From NCBI GenBank assembly GCA_030390025.1, contig CM059433.1, positions 25,546,001-25,610,000 of the forward strand: DNA of 64,000 bases, in the 5' to 3' direction. This stretch comes from Squalus acanthias (lineage: Eukaryota). The notes under the pieces were generated by a model, which made no database searches, was not told the origin of the DNA, and saw only the letters and a program-made list of their open reading frames with translations. A program made the translations under genes and the position numbers. Positions within the stretch are counted from its first letter, which is position 1; each line of letters starts with the position of its first letter. This document shows, one piece after another, positions 46,139 to 59,556 of this stretch.

Positions 46139-48510
46139 CTATTTGTGTGTTAACTTTCTCTTACGCGTGCTTCTACATGGTGCTTCCCCTGTGGCTTCAG
46201 CAGATGTAGAGGCACCTTGCTCACTTCTATGCCTGTGCCTGCTTAGATGCCTTTGGCGGGCGTCCTCTGGGTTTGGGAGCCTGGGAGGGCTCGGCAACAG
46301 TCTGCTCCTCCTGTGGCTGTGCAGGAGCTGAGACGGCCATCTCAGTTGGGTGAGGAATCTGGGGCTCTGACCGAGGGCTCCACAGTGGCATGGGAGTGTG
46401 AGCGTTTGGAGTGGAGCCCACACTTCCTTGTTGTTGACCACCAACATCCCTCTCATGGGTCGCCCGCACTGCACTGCTAGCAAGTAGCTGGAGAGCACCT
46501 TGCTGCACATCAGTGGGCCATGAGGACCCGTCTCTGTACCGACAGTCCTCATAACAAGGACGTCCATACACCTCTGGTGTCTCTCCTCAATAGATGCCCA
46601 TCTATCCTCCATAGCAGACCATCTATTTTGAAGAGTCACCATGCTCATTTGAGTCTGGCGATTTATGTCCTCCATGGAGGTTGCCATCCTTTCCATGGCA
46701 GCACCTGCATTCACCATTGCGTGCACCACGGCATTGCTCATATTTGAGATGGACTCCTCCATTCTCTGCACACTCGCAGTTACCGTGGATGCAAACCCTG
46801 TCAGAGACTCCGGCACTTGTTCCTGAAGTTCCAGCACCACTCTCTTTCTGGATGGCCCCAGAGGCACAGCGTCTACATGCAGCTGAGCAGAGCTAGGAGT
46901 GTCCTGTGACCTTCGACGAGGACGCTCCAGTGCTGTCCCTGTCTCCACCATCTGCTGATGCTCACTTGTGAGCTTGAAGGGATATTTACTAGTCCTAGCC
47001 TCTTTGGGGCTATCCCGGATCAGGCGTATTTCTCAGACGTTCACTTTCAACTAAAGTTTGAGGTAGCCGAATCCTAAAGACGCTTAATTGGGTCTAAAGG
47101 TCCGGACTATCTCTGCCTAAAGGAAAGGAACAACCCGAGAATGTTACCGTCCTCCAGATAACGCTTTTAATACATTTAGCTAGACTGTAACATTCCGGAT
47201 ATTATGAGGGTCCGTAAAATTCCCCCAGAATTCTGTAACTCTCCACCAAAGAGTGTACAGAGATTGAGTTCACGAGTTTTTGATACAGAAGTCTTATGTG
47301 AGATAATTCTAAAAATAAAGAACCGACATGCAATTTACAGTTGGTGAATCAATCGCAACATTAACAGTTCCAAAAAGAGAAAACTTACGATCTTATTATC
47401 AGAGAATCTAACTTTTAAATCTTAACTTCACGACAGTATTACAGTTCTTAAAGTTCTTATACAGGATATCCACCAATATCAAATATCTTTGATCCTGAGG
47501 TACAAAGAGTTGGAGACTACAGAGCCACCTCTGAAGCTGAGAATCGCTTTGCCCGATTAAAGCGAGTCTGTTATCCCATTTGAGAGTTCAATATTTATAC
47601 CCTTTTCCAGTGGTATTTCCTTTAAGGTTTTCTGCTGATGCAAGCTAATTATCTCTAGTCATTTTTCTGCCGACCTCTGCAACTCTTCCAGCCACCTCAG
47701 CCAGAATCTTGTTTCATCTCTAGGTGTTCTACGTTTACCATATAAAAACGGTGTGACGGCAGGTGTTCCTTACTTTATGTCATCTTTACGAGGGCAGATG
47801 TTTCTTATCTTATGTGCTTCTTTATGAAGTGTAAATTTGAACACCTTATCCAGAGTGAACCATTGTTTCATTCCCAAAAGTTCAGCTTGCCGGAGTCCTT
47901 CACCTTCTGTTTCAATAAGGTTATTTATTCAGGGTCAACAACTGTCTTATCTCAATAGCCAGAATGTTTTCATAGCTATTTCATAGTTAGGTTTCTAAAT
48001 TTCCAAACCCAGTTTGTCATGTTTTAATAAGGCCAGAATTCTTTCATAAGATAGTGTATTTTTCTGAATAGGTTATATGGCTTATTCCTTCACACACCCC
48101 TCTTGACCAAAAAATGAGCTCGAGCATCAGGGCAGAGTTTGGTCAATGTTACAAATAAGGTTACAATAGTACATTAATTTCACGAGATTCACAAGAGCCC
48201 AATCATGTGCTACATGAAAATTCCTTTAAGTCATCCCAGGACAATGTTTTGCCTTATTTGAAATTGAACACAAATTAAAAGAATGATAGGTACATTGTCA
48301 TGCAATTAGCGAAACAACATGTACTTAGAATGTCCAATTGACAGATGTAAGTTCCGCAGAAGTGAGTTATTCATACGAGTCTGCTGAGGAGGCTTCCTCC
48401 GGCCATCGGGAGGGAACAGAACCTCCCTGCGCCCTCTTACTCCCTCCACAAGAGCATGGAGGGAGTCATCATCAAATCGAGGAGCAGCCTTTGATCTTGC
48501 AACAGTCATG
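46139..48510 (-). pseudogene. Myb/SANT partner gene disrupted by an LTR element
   Basis: Exon 1 KAAPRFDDDSLHALVEGVRGRREVLFP at ~48378-48510; C-terminus KPRGRPPK and ASTSAEATGEAPCRSTRKRK. Confidence 0.8.
46975..48375 (-). mobile_element. 3' LTR (46975-48094) of the 1.3-kb LTR family with PPT and ~280 bp of internal sequence
   Basis: Reverse complement matches 15210-16518 from TGTGAAGG to ATCCCTTCA; preceded by AAGAGGGG-TG (48104-48095). Confidence 0.88.
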
Positions 48511-49664
48511 TTCCAAAGACCCATTTTCAGGAGCAGCAGAAAGGAAATGAAATCCAAAGGCTACATGGGCCCCTTAAAAGCTCCTGAATCGAAGACGTCA
48601 GCAGAGGTGAGCAGCAGACCTGCACCCACTGATTGGGCCGGGCAACATGCACGGCGGGCTTAATAAGCCCAGTTAAGTGAAAATAATTATATCAAAGCGG
48701 GACCAGACCCGCCGACCAGCCAACCCGATTCCAACCCGCCTCCTATGGCAAAATCGCGGCCGCTGTCAGCATTTCTTAAAGGGACACACACATCTTTCAG
48801 GTAAGTTTGGATTTCAGATTTTGTACTTTTGAAAATATTTTATTGAAGTAGTGGCATGGTGCTGCTGGATGCTTGCAAGGCTTTGGATGTTAAAGGAAGA
48901 CCTCTGAGAAGACAGAAAATGCGGGAAATACTCAGCAGGTCTGGCAGCATCTGTGGTGAGAGAAACAGAGTTAACGTTTCAGGTCGATGGTCATTTTGAA
49001 ATGATTTTTAATTTTTTTCTTCCAGAAGGCATTTGAGCTCTAAGGGCTAGAAACGGCCTATTTTTAAATGATTTTTTGTTTAAGAAGGCAGTTCCCCTTT
49101 AAGGGTTCGAGACTGCTTTCGAAATTGACAGCCTTGCTTTAAGAAGAGGTTGCCTCGCTCCAGGGACGCTACGGCCACCCAACGTTGAGCCTCCTGCTGA
49201 GCCCACAGCCTGAGGCAGCGCGTTCCTCGCTCGGCTGTGCGCTCCAATCATTCAAATCAGCAGCCAGCACCAACATACCGGTGCTGCCTGTGATCTTTTT
49301 ATGTGTGCGAGCAAACCTCGCCCCACAGTGGCACCACCGTTTTTGGGCTTTATCAGATTTCTCGGCCCATATCTATTCATTCTGAGTCATCTTATGAAAT
49401 TATGACAATGCTGTCACCTGCCACATTCTGGTACAACTCCCAAACATTTAGGCCGAGAAATTTGTCTCGGACGGTGGTGCAAAATGGGCGGTATCGGAAT
49501 GACCGCCTGTTTTGCGCAGTGCCCGATATTCAGTTCCAACTGTGTATCACTTCCTGATACAGCCATCCTTATGGTTCTCTGATTAGGATTGCTAATTAGT
49601 AATGAGTTACAGAGAGGCTGGAGTGAATCTTTGATTTAGTGGTAGCATTTTATCTCTGAATTAG

Positions 49665-51059
49665 AATTTGCTGGAGTTCTTTGAGGAAGTAACATATAGA
49701 GTGGATAAAGGGGAACCAGTGGACGTAGTGTATTTAGACTTCCAAAAGGCATTTGACAAGGTGCCACACAAAAGATTATTGCTTAAGGTAAAAATCACGG
49801 GATTGGGGGTAATATTCTGGCATGGATAGAGGATTGGCTATCTAACAGAAAGCAAAGAGTTGGGATAAATGGTTCATTCTCAGACTGGCAATCAGTAACT
49901 AGTGGTGTTCTACAGGGGTCAGTGCTGGGTCCCCAACTCTTTACAATCTATATTAACGATTTGGAGGAAGGGACCAAGTGTAACATATCAAAATTTGCAG
50001 ATGATACAAAGATGGGAGGGAAAGTAGTGAGTGAGGAGGACATAAAAAACCTGCAAGGGGACATAGACAGGCTAAGTAAGTGGGCAGAGATTTGGCAGAT
50101 GGAATACAACACTGGAAAGTGTGAGGTGATGCACTTTGGCAGGAAAAATCCTAGAGCAATTTATTATCTTAATGGCAAGAAACTGGAGAGTACTGAAGTG
50201 CAAAGGGATCTGGGGGTCCTGGTGCACGAAACTCAAAAGGTTAGTATGCAGGTGCAGCAAGTGATTAAGAAGGCAAATGGAATGTTGGCTTTCATTGCTA
50301 GGGGGATAGAATATAAAAATAGGGAGGTATTGCTTCAGTTGTACAAGGTATTGGTGAGACCGCACCTGGAATACTGCATACAGTTTTGGTGTCCTTACTT
50401 AAGGAAAGACATCCTTGCTCTCGAGGCAGTGCAAAAAAGGTTCACTCGGTTAATCCCGGGGATGAGGGGGTGGTCATATGAGGAGAGGTTGGGTAGATTG
50501 GGACTCTACTCATTGGAGTTCAGAAGAATGAGAGGCGATCTTATTGAAACATATAAGATTGTGAAGGGGTTGGATCGGGTGGATGCGGGGAGGATGTTCC
50601 CGATGACGGGTGAGACTAGAACTAGGGGACATAGTCTTAGAATAAGGGGCTGCTCTTTCAAAACTGAGATGAGGAGGAACTACTTCACTCAAAGGGTGGT
50701 AGGTCCATGGAATATGCTGCCACAAAAAGCTGTAGAAGCTACATCATTAAATAAATTTAAAACAGAAATAGACAGTTTCCTAGAAGTAAAGGGCATTAAG
50801 GGTTACGGGGAGCGGGCAGGAATTTGGACATGAGTCTAGGTTCGGATCGGTCATGGCCCTGTGGGTAGTGGAGCGGGCCCAGGGACCGTGTAGCCTGATT
50901 CTGCTCCTATTTCGTGTGTGCAATTCTGTTAGATGCAGGAGATGGTTCTGTGATAGTAGATTGGCGGTTAGGATCAGATCAGCCATGATCTTGTTGAATG
51001 GCGGAGCGGGCTCGAGGGGCCGATTGGCCTACTCCTGCTCCTATTTCTTATGTTCTTAT
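49665..51059 (+). mobile_element. 5'-truncated CR1/HER1-type LINE (RT C-half open 49922-50833) with 3' UTR
   Basis: LDFQKAFDKVPH, VLGPQLFTIYINDL, SKFADDTKMG, RPHLEYC; tail TTCTTATGTTCTTATG. Confidence 0.95.
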
Positions 51060-51490
51060 GTTAACCCTGAATCAGACAGTCCTGGTGAGTGGAGACCAGA
51101 GCTCGGGCTCTGAACCCGAGGTTGATATCCAGCGGGATACTCAATTGTGGTTTGGTGTGGGTGGCCCCCTCCTCATCGTATGGGTTGTGGGAGCCCTATA
51201 ACATCCGCCCGCCGTATAGGACAAACCACCCTATCAGCCGGTATAAAGATGGTTCCGGCCATGGAAGGAGCCCGTCAGACTGTTAATCAATCTACAAATG
51301 CGCTATTCTCCAAGCGAAGTGTGTGAAGATACGAAAACAACAACAGGGAGGCTTTTTCAACGGACCCAGTGGGATTACCTATTGGGAAATGGGTTGAAAA
51401 TATCGAATTAATTCCACATGAACTAGGGTACTGAGAGACTTTCAAACCATTAATTGGGGTCTGATTTGATTTAAGATCCCGTAGGTAAAG
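51060..51490. mobile_element. Possible LTR fragment
   Basis: Begins TGTTAAC directly after the CR1 tail and is CpG-richer than the flanks. No TSD found. Confidence 0.2.
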
Positions 51491-51534
51491 GGATAAAGAA
51501 AGATTTTGCATTTATATAGCACCTTTCATCTACA

Positions 51535-52168
51535 AACATAGGAACAGGAGTAGGCAATTTAGCCCCTCGAGAATGTTCCACCATTCAATGAGATCATGAC
51601 TGATCTGTATCGTAACTCCCTCTATCCGCCTTGGTTCTGTAACCCTTAAAACCCTTGCCTAACAAATCAATCACAGTTTTGAAATTTTCAATTGACCCCC
51701 AGCCTCAACAGCTTTTTGGGGGGTGAGTTCCAGAGTTCCACTGCCTTTGTGTGAAGAAGTGCTTCCTGACATCACCCCCGAACGGCCTAGCTCGAATTAT
51801 AAGGTTATGCCCCCTTGTTCTGGACTCCCCCACCATAGGAAATAGTTTCTCTCTTTCTTTACCCTATCAACTCGCTTAATCATCTTAAACACCTCAATTA
51901 GATCACCCCTTCTATACTCAAGGGTATACAAGCCTAGTCTATGCAGCCTGTCCTCATAAATTTAACCCTTTCAGCCCTGGTATCATTCTGGTGAATCTGC
52001 GCTGCCTTCCCCCTCCAAGGCCAATATATCCTTCCTGAGGTGCAGTGCCCAGAACTGAGTGCAGTGCTCTAAATGGGGTCTAACGAGAGCTTTATATAAC
52101 TGTAACATAACTTTCACCCCTTTGTATTCCAGCCCCCTTGAGATAAAGGCCAACATTCCATTAGCCTG
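51535..52168 (-). mobile_element. CR1-type LINE 3' fragment
   Basis: Reverse complement of the CR1 3' UTR (CATAGGAACAGGAGTAGGC...) and ORF2 C-terminus. Confidence 0.85.
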
Positions 52169-52689
52169 TATCCGTAGGACATCCAGAAGTGCTTCGCAGC
52201 TGATTAATTACTTTTGAAATATAGTCACTGTTATATCGGTAAAACTGGCAGCTAACCCCCATAGCAAATGACAATTAGTGGTGCTGGTTGTTGGTGCTGC
52301 TTGGCAGTTAAATGTTCGTCAGTGCAGCAGGAAAATTCCCTGCTTTTCTTCAAATAGTGCCATGAGATTTTTGATATCCACTTGAAAAGGCAGGTAGCGG
52401 TATAGTTAATATCTCATCTGAAATGCAAAACCCGAGAAACCGAATCGCATCAGAAAACAGGTGCGGGGGATGGGGAACTGCCCACACCAGTTACTATCAA
52501 TACAGGCATCACGCAATATCCATGCTCTCTGCTAATTATTATCATTTATGCATGCAGCCTGCGCTACCCGTGCTGTTCACTGGCTGCACGCCTATCAAGT
52601 GGGTGGGGGGGGGGGGGCAATATCGGGATTCACAGACAGAACTCAAAGGCAGCCAGCACCTCTTCAAAGACTGCAGAACAAGTTGAGGA

Positions 52690-54530
52690 ACAAGTGGTTG
52701 AAGGAGAGAGCGAGCGGGCAACAAGGTTTCCGCTGCTGCACTGGAGGCCCTGGTGCAGGAAGTGGAGTGGAGGAGGGACATCCATTTTTCCCCAGTGGGT
52801 AGGAGCCCTCCAGGCATCTACACAGAAGACAGTGGGAGGAGATCGCTGAAGATGTCAATGCCAGGAGCATTGCAACAACGACATGGCTGCAAAGCAGAAA
52901 AACTTCAATGATCTAACTAGAGATATTAAGGTAAGAAGACTGTTCTCCTACTTTCTGATCACAGCTGCACCACTCACAGCCTCATTAATTACAACACTCA
53001 CAACGCTGCCCTCCCCCCTACCCTGCACTGTCCTGCAATCACTGCACCACACTTCACTAAACCTTCCTCTCCTCATGCTCACACACTCACCACTATTACA
53101 CTCCTCACTTACCCACAACTCACATCTCACACACACACACTGTCAGCAATTCCACCATGACAGCCACATTCTCCAAACTCCACACAAGACTCTCACTAAC
53201 ACACTTCACTCTTTCTTGCAGGAGAAAGTCACAAACAACACCAGGCAACAGGCTGCCACAGGGGGAGGAAGAGCCCGTCTGCACACCCTCTCCTCCCCTT
53301 GAAGAGAGTGGCCTGGCCATCATGGGAAGGGGCAAAGCTGGAGGAGACACCGTGCAGGGTTTCTTTATACCTGATCCTCTTTGTCTCTTCTGGCTTCTCC
53401 CTCACCCCACACACTCTGCATGACAAACTGCAGATGTTTTTAACATCCACTTCTCTCTCTCTGCTCTCCCTCACACCACAAGGTAACCCTTGTCACTCTC
53501 TTTCATTTCAGCTGCCTAGAATGTCGATGTCCCTCAGCCAGTGGAGGAAAGAAAGAAAGACTTGCATTTATATAGCGCCTTTCACGACCACCGGATGTCT
53601 CAAAGCGTTTTACAGCCAATGAAGTACTATTTGAAGTGGAGTCACTGTTGTAATGTGGGAAAGAGGAGCACAGTGAACCTGAAGATACACTATCACTTGA
53701 TCTGACCCTCATAAGCACCTGCTCAGATATTGACATGATGTGGACTTTAGAAGCTAGACTAGAGGATGGTTAGAGTTAGATAGGACGCCACAGGTACCAG
53801 CTCACCGGATGGTGAGGTCACACACTAGTTCTACTAAAAAGAACTCAGATGCTGACTTTGAGGGTCCAGGCTACCGAAGAAAGCTCATGGACATACAACG
53901 GGTTAATACTCGGTGCACTGGGCAGCCTGCCAGCAAGCTTGCGCACAATGTCATGGAGCATGGAGGAGTCCAGTTCCAACATTGCGCAGAGCATGGAGAC
54001 CGTTCCGTTCAATATGGACCAAGTGGTCAGCTCCATCAACACCACAGTGAAACCCACCATGTTGCAGCGTCTCAGGCAGCTCGGAACATACTGCTGTGAT
54101 GGAAGCTCAGATGGCTGCCATCTTGGCTTAGAGGGCCAGTGTTGACAGGGGCTCCTAGGGCATCACATCACTTCAACCCTCTGTTCTCCAACAGGAGTGC
54201 TGAGGCACCACCCCAGGAGAGTGGCCTTGGCACCATGTTAGAGGAACCTGTGTCCTTTCTCAGGATGACAGTATTCTTGCTTCCCTGCCAGAAATTCCAC
54301 CACTTTGCAAGCTGGGCCAGACTGCCCTGGCCCACGCCAAGCTGCTGTTGTCTGAAGCCAGGCCCTCAAGGCCCAGAGCAGCCCAAGGTCGCCCACCACG
54401 GCCATCTGAAGTGTCCTCAATGGAAACTCAGCAGCCTTCCACCTCCCAAACTGCAGCTACTGGAGAAACACCTCATAGGAGCACCAGAATAGGAAAACAA
54501 TCACACAAGACGGGCACTAATGGTGATTAG
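52690..54530 (+). pseudogene. Decayed Harbinger Myb/SANT partner gene (3 exons), with a SINE tail at ~53545-53660
   Basis: ALEALVQEVEWRRDI..., KNFNDLTRDIK|gtaaga, EKVTNNTRQQAATGGG, QQPSTSQTAATGETPHRSTR. Confidence 0.8.
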
Positions 54531-54644
54531 TCAGCATTTTTATCAATGCTGACATGATTTGTTTGACAAATTTGCTTTTTGATCTGGATTTAGTGTTGGT
54601 ATTTGTCTTTGTAGCAAAGTGAGGGCATAGGCTTGGAGTGAAGG

Positions 54645-57065
54645 AATCATAGAATCATAGAATGGTTACAGCACAGCAGGAGGCCATTCGGCCCATCGAG
54701 CCTGTGCTGGCTCTCTGCAAGAGCACTTCAGCTAGTTCCACTCCTCTGCCCTTTCCCCATAGCTCTGCAATTTTTTTTCCTTCAGGAACACTTAATGGCA
54801 CAGTTTTAAAGAGTGTGCAGGGACAGAGGGACCTGGGAGTTAATATGCATAGGTCCCTGAAGGTGGCAGGACATATTGAGAGAGTGGTTAACAAAGCATA
54901 TAGGATCTTGGGCTTCATAAATAAAGGTATTGAGTACAAAAGTAGGTAAGTTATGCTGAACCTTTATAAAGTGCTGGTTAGGCCACAACTGGAGTATTGC
55001 GTCTAGTTCTGGTCACCACACTTTAGGAAGGATGTGAAGGCCCTTGAGAGGGTGCAGAGGAGATTTACCATAATGGTTCCGGGGATGGGGGATCTTAGCT
55101 ACAAGGACAGGTTGGAGAAGCTGGATTTGTTTTCATTAGAGCAAAGGAGGTTGAGGGGTGATTTGATAGAGGTGTACATGATTATAACGGGTTTGGATGG
55201 GCTAGACGGGGAAAGGCTGTTCCCACTAATTGATGGTACAAGGACTAGGGGACACAGATTTAAGGTTTTGGGCAAGAGATACAGGCGATATGTGAGGAAA
55301 ACCTTTTTTACACAGCGAGTGGTGATGACCTGGAATTCGCTATTGACGGAAATGGTGGAAGCAGAGACACTCAGGGCTGGATTTTCAATGACCCGTGGAG
55401 TCGGGTTTGGAGGCGTGTGGGGGGTTAAAGTTGCAGATTCGGGGGTGCCGACCCCATCCCGACTCCATTCTGCCTGCACACAATTTTGACAAAATTGGTC
55501 GCGGGGTTCCCAACTCTGTCCCGCCTCCAAGAGGCGGGAGAAGCCATTAAAGCCCTTAACAAGCCCTAAATTGGCTCTGTAATGCCATTTTGAAACGTTT
55601 TAGCTAGTTTAACCCTTTTCCGACGTGAAGTACGCCTGATGTAAAACACACCAGTGAAACCTGGCGGGAGCACAAGTGGATAGCTGACTATCAGCTGCAG
55701 GTCCACTATTACAATGGAGATGTGATGAAGGTAGTAGTAGTATTGTGATGAAGGTAGTAGTAGTATTAAGTCTGAAAGTCGCCTCTGATGCTGCTGCATT
55801 GAATGTCTTCAGAGACTGCCTGGGAGGACTTGGTTGCAAAAAAAATTCTCTCTCTCCCTCTCTCCCTCTCTCTCTCTCTCTTCTCTGAGATGCTGCTCAT
55901 TTTGCATCCAGGTCCTCTCACAGCAAAGGCCAGGCAGTCTCTGAGACCAGGCAGTCTCTGACCTGCAATGCAGCAGCAATGATGACATCATCAGAGGCGA
56001 CTTTCAGACTGAAACCACTTATTGGTTCATGGGTTCCCACATGCTGGAACTCAATTGCCCAATTAAGTGAAAATTGCATCAATCTCCCACATCCAATTGC
56101 AGGTGGGTGGTTACACGAAATGCGGATGACACGACCCCAACCCGCCCCAGTATCAAAATCCAGCCCTCAATGTTTTCAAGGGGATAGGCACTTGAGGGAA
56201 ATAAACTTGCAGGGCTACGGGGATAGAGCGGGGGAGTGGGACTGACTGGATTGCTCTACAGAGAGCCGGCACGGACTCAATGGGCCGAATGGCCTCCTTC
56301 TGTGCCATTATGACTCTACTTATCCAATTCCCTTTTGAAAGCCACAATTCAGTCTGTCTCCACCACCCTTTCAGGCAGTGCATTCCAGCTCCTAGCCACT
56401 CGCTGCATAAAAGTTTTTCCTCATGTCGCCTTTGGTTCTTCTGCCAATCACCTTAAATCTGTGTCCTCTGGTTCGCAACCTTTCTGCCAATGGGAACAGT
56501 TTCCCTCTATCTACTCTGTCTAGACCCCTCATGATTTTGAACACCTCTATCTAATCTCCTCTCAACCTTCCCTGCTCCAAGGAGAACAACCCCAGCTTCT
56601 CTAGTCTATCCACATAACTGAAGTCCCTCATCCCTGGACCCATTCTTGTAAATCTTCTCTGTACCCTCTCTAAGGCCTTCACACCCTTCCTAAAGTGCGG
56701 TGCCCAGAATTGGACACAATACTCCAGTTGAGGCCGGACCAGTGTTTTATAAAGGTTCCTCATAACTTTCTTGCTGGCTTTCCACACTTGTCCAAGTGAC
56801 TTTAATTTTGTCCCGGATTATCATTTCTAAAAGCTTCTCCACTACCGAGGTTAAACTGACTGGCCTGTAGTTGCTGGGTTTATCCTTACACCCTTTTTTG
56901 AACAAGGGTGTAACATTTGCAATTCTCCAGTCCTCTGGCACCAGCCCCGTATCTAAGGAGGATTGGAAGATTATGGCCAATACCTCCACAATTTCCACCT
57001 TTACTTCCCTTAGCATCCTAGGATGCATCCCATCGGTCCTGGTGATTTATCTACTTTAAGTACAG
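54645..57065. mobile_element. Mosaic of CR1-type LINE fragments (+ ~54785-56318; - ~56320-57065 and ~54645-54785)
   Basis: QRDLGV, ALERVQRRFT, LFSLEQRRLRGDLIEVY, VPEDWRIANVTPLFKKG. Confidence 0.85.
55374..56166 (-). mobile_element. Second copy of the fold-back MITE
   Basis: TIRs GGGCTGGATTTT / AAAATCCAGCCC; TSD TCA; reverse complement of 5738-6512. Confidence 0.92.
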
Positions 57066-57074
57066 TCTTCCTCT

Positions 57075-57535
57075 AAAGGCAATCAGATGGTGTTTATAAG
57101 AAGAGTGGTAAGGATTGTGGGACTGTTGGGCAATGGGGAATGGGAGGGCTGATTTAGTTGAAGCTCTCCTTGATGAGCCTGTCTCTGAGAGCTCAAGCAG
57201 ATAGGTGGTCGCTGCCTCTCCTCCTTCTCCTCTTCTTCCTCTTTCTCCTCTTCCTGCTACTCCTCCTGAACTTCTTGCTGCCCAGGTGCTGGTTAGGGCT
57301 GGTCTTTCATGATGGTGACGATGTGGTGCTTTCAGCAGACAACAACAAGTCTGGATACCTGCTCAGGGTTGTACTCCGAAACAGTGCAGGCAACGGAAGC
57401 ATTGCTTGAGCACGTCGATTGTTTGCTCGATGATGTTTCTCATGGCAGCGTGGCTCTCGTAGTAGACCAGCTCTGCAGCTGTGCGAGTGAGCCATGTCCA
57501 GAGAGGATGGCTCTTGTTGCCCACTAGCCAGCCTG
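57075..57535 (-). pseudogene. Decayed Harbinger transposase 3' fragment
   Basis: Minus strand encodes remnants of YESHAAMRNIIEQTIDVLKQCFRC, SRLVVVC and an acidic tail. Confidence 0.75.
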
Positions 57536-57767
57536 TAACTTGCCGGCCTAGTTATCCAACAGCACACTCAGTGTCACTATACTATGGAGACTTTGTAACG
57601 TTATTCAAGCAGCTCCACTTGTTCGATAAATGTCAACAAAGTTGTCCAGTCCTCCACCTGTGAGTAACCTGATGCAAAATAGCTGAAAATTACTTATGAA
57701 AACTATATTGAATCATTTACTAGTTTCATTGGTGTACACAAGTCAGTTTCTGAATAAATTAAATATC

Positions 57768-59556
57768 TGTAAGGGGTGACCTGTGGCTCTGTGCTTAGCC
57801 TGGGTGCTAGTGCGAGGTTAGGCCTTGTTGCCTGTTCTGGTCTCCAGCCAGCCTGGTAACACTAGACACCTGTGAGTGGTTCGACCCACTCGCCCTTACG
57901 GTTCTGACACTGGACTTAGGTGCGAGAGCAATAATGCAGAGAAAACTCAGGTAGACCCGGTTGAATAGTGCGAAATGGAAAATCTTTATTGCATATTATT
58001 CAAGATTACGAGATACATGTCATAAGCACAGATTAACGACAGTACAATCTTACACACAGTTATGAAACTAATTTTAGGGAAACGAGGAGCGCACGACACA
58101 TCGAAAAAGGGGACACACATTATAATTATCCTTAAAACTTAAACCCTCCCCTATCAATACCTGTCCTAATCTAGATTTGTAGGATCGAGACTCATGCTCA
58201 CCACTCGTGATAACTCGGAGAATTCCGAAACTCTGCTCGGATGTTTTTACCGCAGCACCTGACTATCCACGTGTTGATCAGGGGTCTCTGTACCCCACTT
58301 GTTTACTCGTTTCTGCTCCGGCTAGCAGGCTGGACCGTCTGCTGTCATGAAGATCTGTGTTGCCCTCGGAGTTCTGATACTACTCAAAAAAGAGTCTTCC
58401 TGTGCCCTACACCGGTTCGATAGAACTCGAAGAAGGGTCTTCCTAGGCCAGTTGTGGAGTAGCCGATAAAATTCGAAGAAGTGTTTATTCGACTTACAGG
58501 CGCGGTCGGGGCTTACTGACCGTGGCGATACGTATTGTCGTCTTCTTCTCTTCTCATCTCATCTCCTCCCGGGCCTTCGGTTCCAACACCGTTTACTCTC
58601 GCAATGTCAACCTGGGGGTGTGGCCATGGCCGGTTTCGGGTGAATTGAATCTTGAATCAGCATAAAAGATCATGGAATATATGAACGTAAGTGGTTTTGG
58701 GTGTAACTCACTTACATTTAAAATTGCCTGATCTTTTGCGTCGGTTCGGCCGATTCCGCATCTTTAATCCTGGAGTGTACCCTGAGTGGATTAAAACCAG
58801 TTACCTAATAGGTATTGTTAGACACTAATTATAAGGGAATGTCTCTAAATTACAAACTGAAACTGATATGACATTTAATAAATGAGGGGGGAAAAAATTG
58901 GGAGCCGCCCATTCTGGGGCGCTAACGTCGCCGGGGCGCTAATTTTAGTGCCCCGAAAAAGTTAGCGCCCCTCCGCCATAAATTCAGTTGTAGCACCCCA
59001 AGCAGGAGGTGGGGCGCTACTGGAAAGCGCTCCACCTCCTGCTTGGAGCGCTACTACTGAATTTTACAGCGCTGCGTGCAACAGCGCCATGCATGGCGGC
59101 ACATAGCGCCGCGTCATTGCAGGCCTCCTCCCCTGATTAAAGGGGAGGGACCTAACGCCTCACACACCGGGGGCCTGCCAGACCACCGGGGAGCGGGGTG
59201 CCGTGAAAACAGCTCGGCACCCCACATATAAAAGCGAAAGGGGGCAGGTGCTGGCAGTCGCCCAAAACAAAAATGGCTGCCTGACACCTGCCATTTAACT
59301 TGCGCCGCCGCCGCTGCCAAACCACCCCCTGATCCTGTCGCACATATTGTCCGGCGATAGGTCAGGTGGCGCAAGGGAATTTTGCGACCAGGGCGCAAGT
59401 GAGGCACTGCGCACGGCGATTTCGCGGGAGTTGTTAGCGGCGCCGCAGTTGGGCGCTGGGGGATTTGCGCCCCCTTAGCGTCCCCCAGGGGCACTAACGA
59501 GAGGCGCAAACCAACCCAATTTTTCCCCCGAGGAAACTTACGTTTTGAATGCTTCA
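57768..59556 (-). mobile_element. Probable solo LTR (~1.14 kb) split by a MITE
   Basis: Termini TGTAAGGGG...GCTTCA; flanks TATC/TATT; minus-strand AATAAA at ~57986; short internal repeats at ~58380-58490. Confidence 0.55.
58887..59529. mobile_element. Harbinger-type MITE (643 bp)
   Basis: TIRs GGGGGAAAAAATTGG / CCAATTTTTCCCCC; TSD GAG; many GGCGCTAA/TTAGCGCC motifs. Confidence 0.88.

Larger units (their letters stand above)
44069..48761 (+). mobile_element. Harbinger of a second, divergent family (decayed)
   Basis: TIRs GGCCGCAATTTTGCC / GGCAAAATCGCGGCC; TSD GCT (44066-44068, 48762-48764). Confidence 0.9.
43797..49367. mobile_element. Harbinger-type non-autonomous element hosting nested insertions
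   Basis: Ends GGCCTAGAAAT / ATTTCTCGGCC; TSD CAT (43794-43796, 49368-49370). Confidence 0.7.

Noticed and set aside
57550..57668. WD40/G-beta-like LLTGGGLDNFVDIY on the minus strand
   Set aside because: A short match followed by an in-frame stop, with no neighbouring repeats; compatible with chance.
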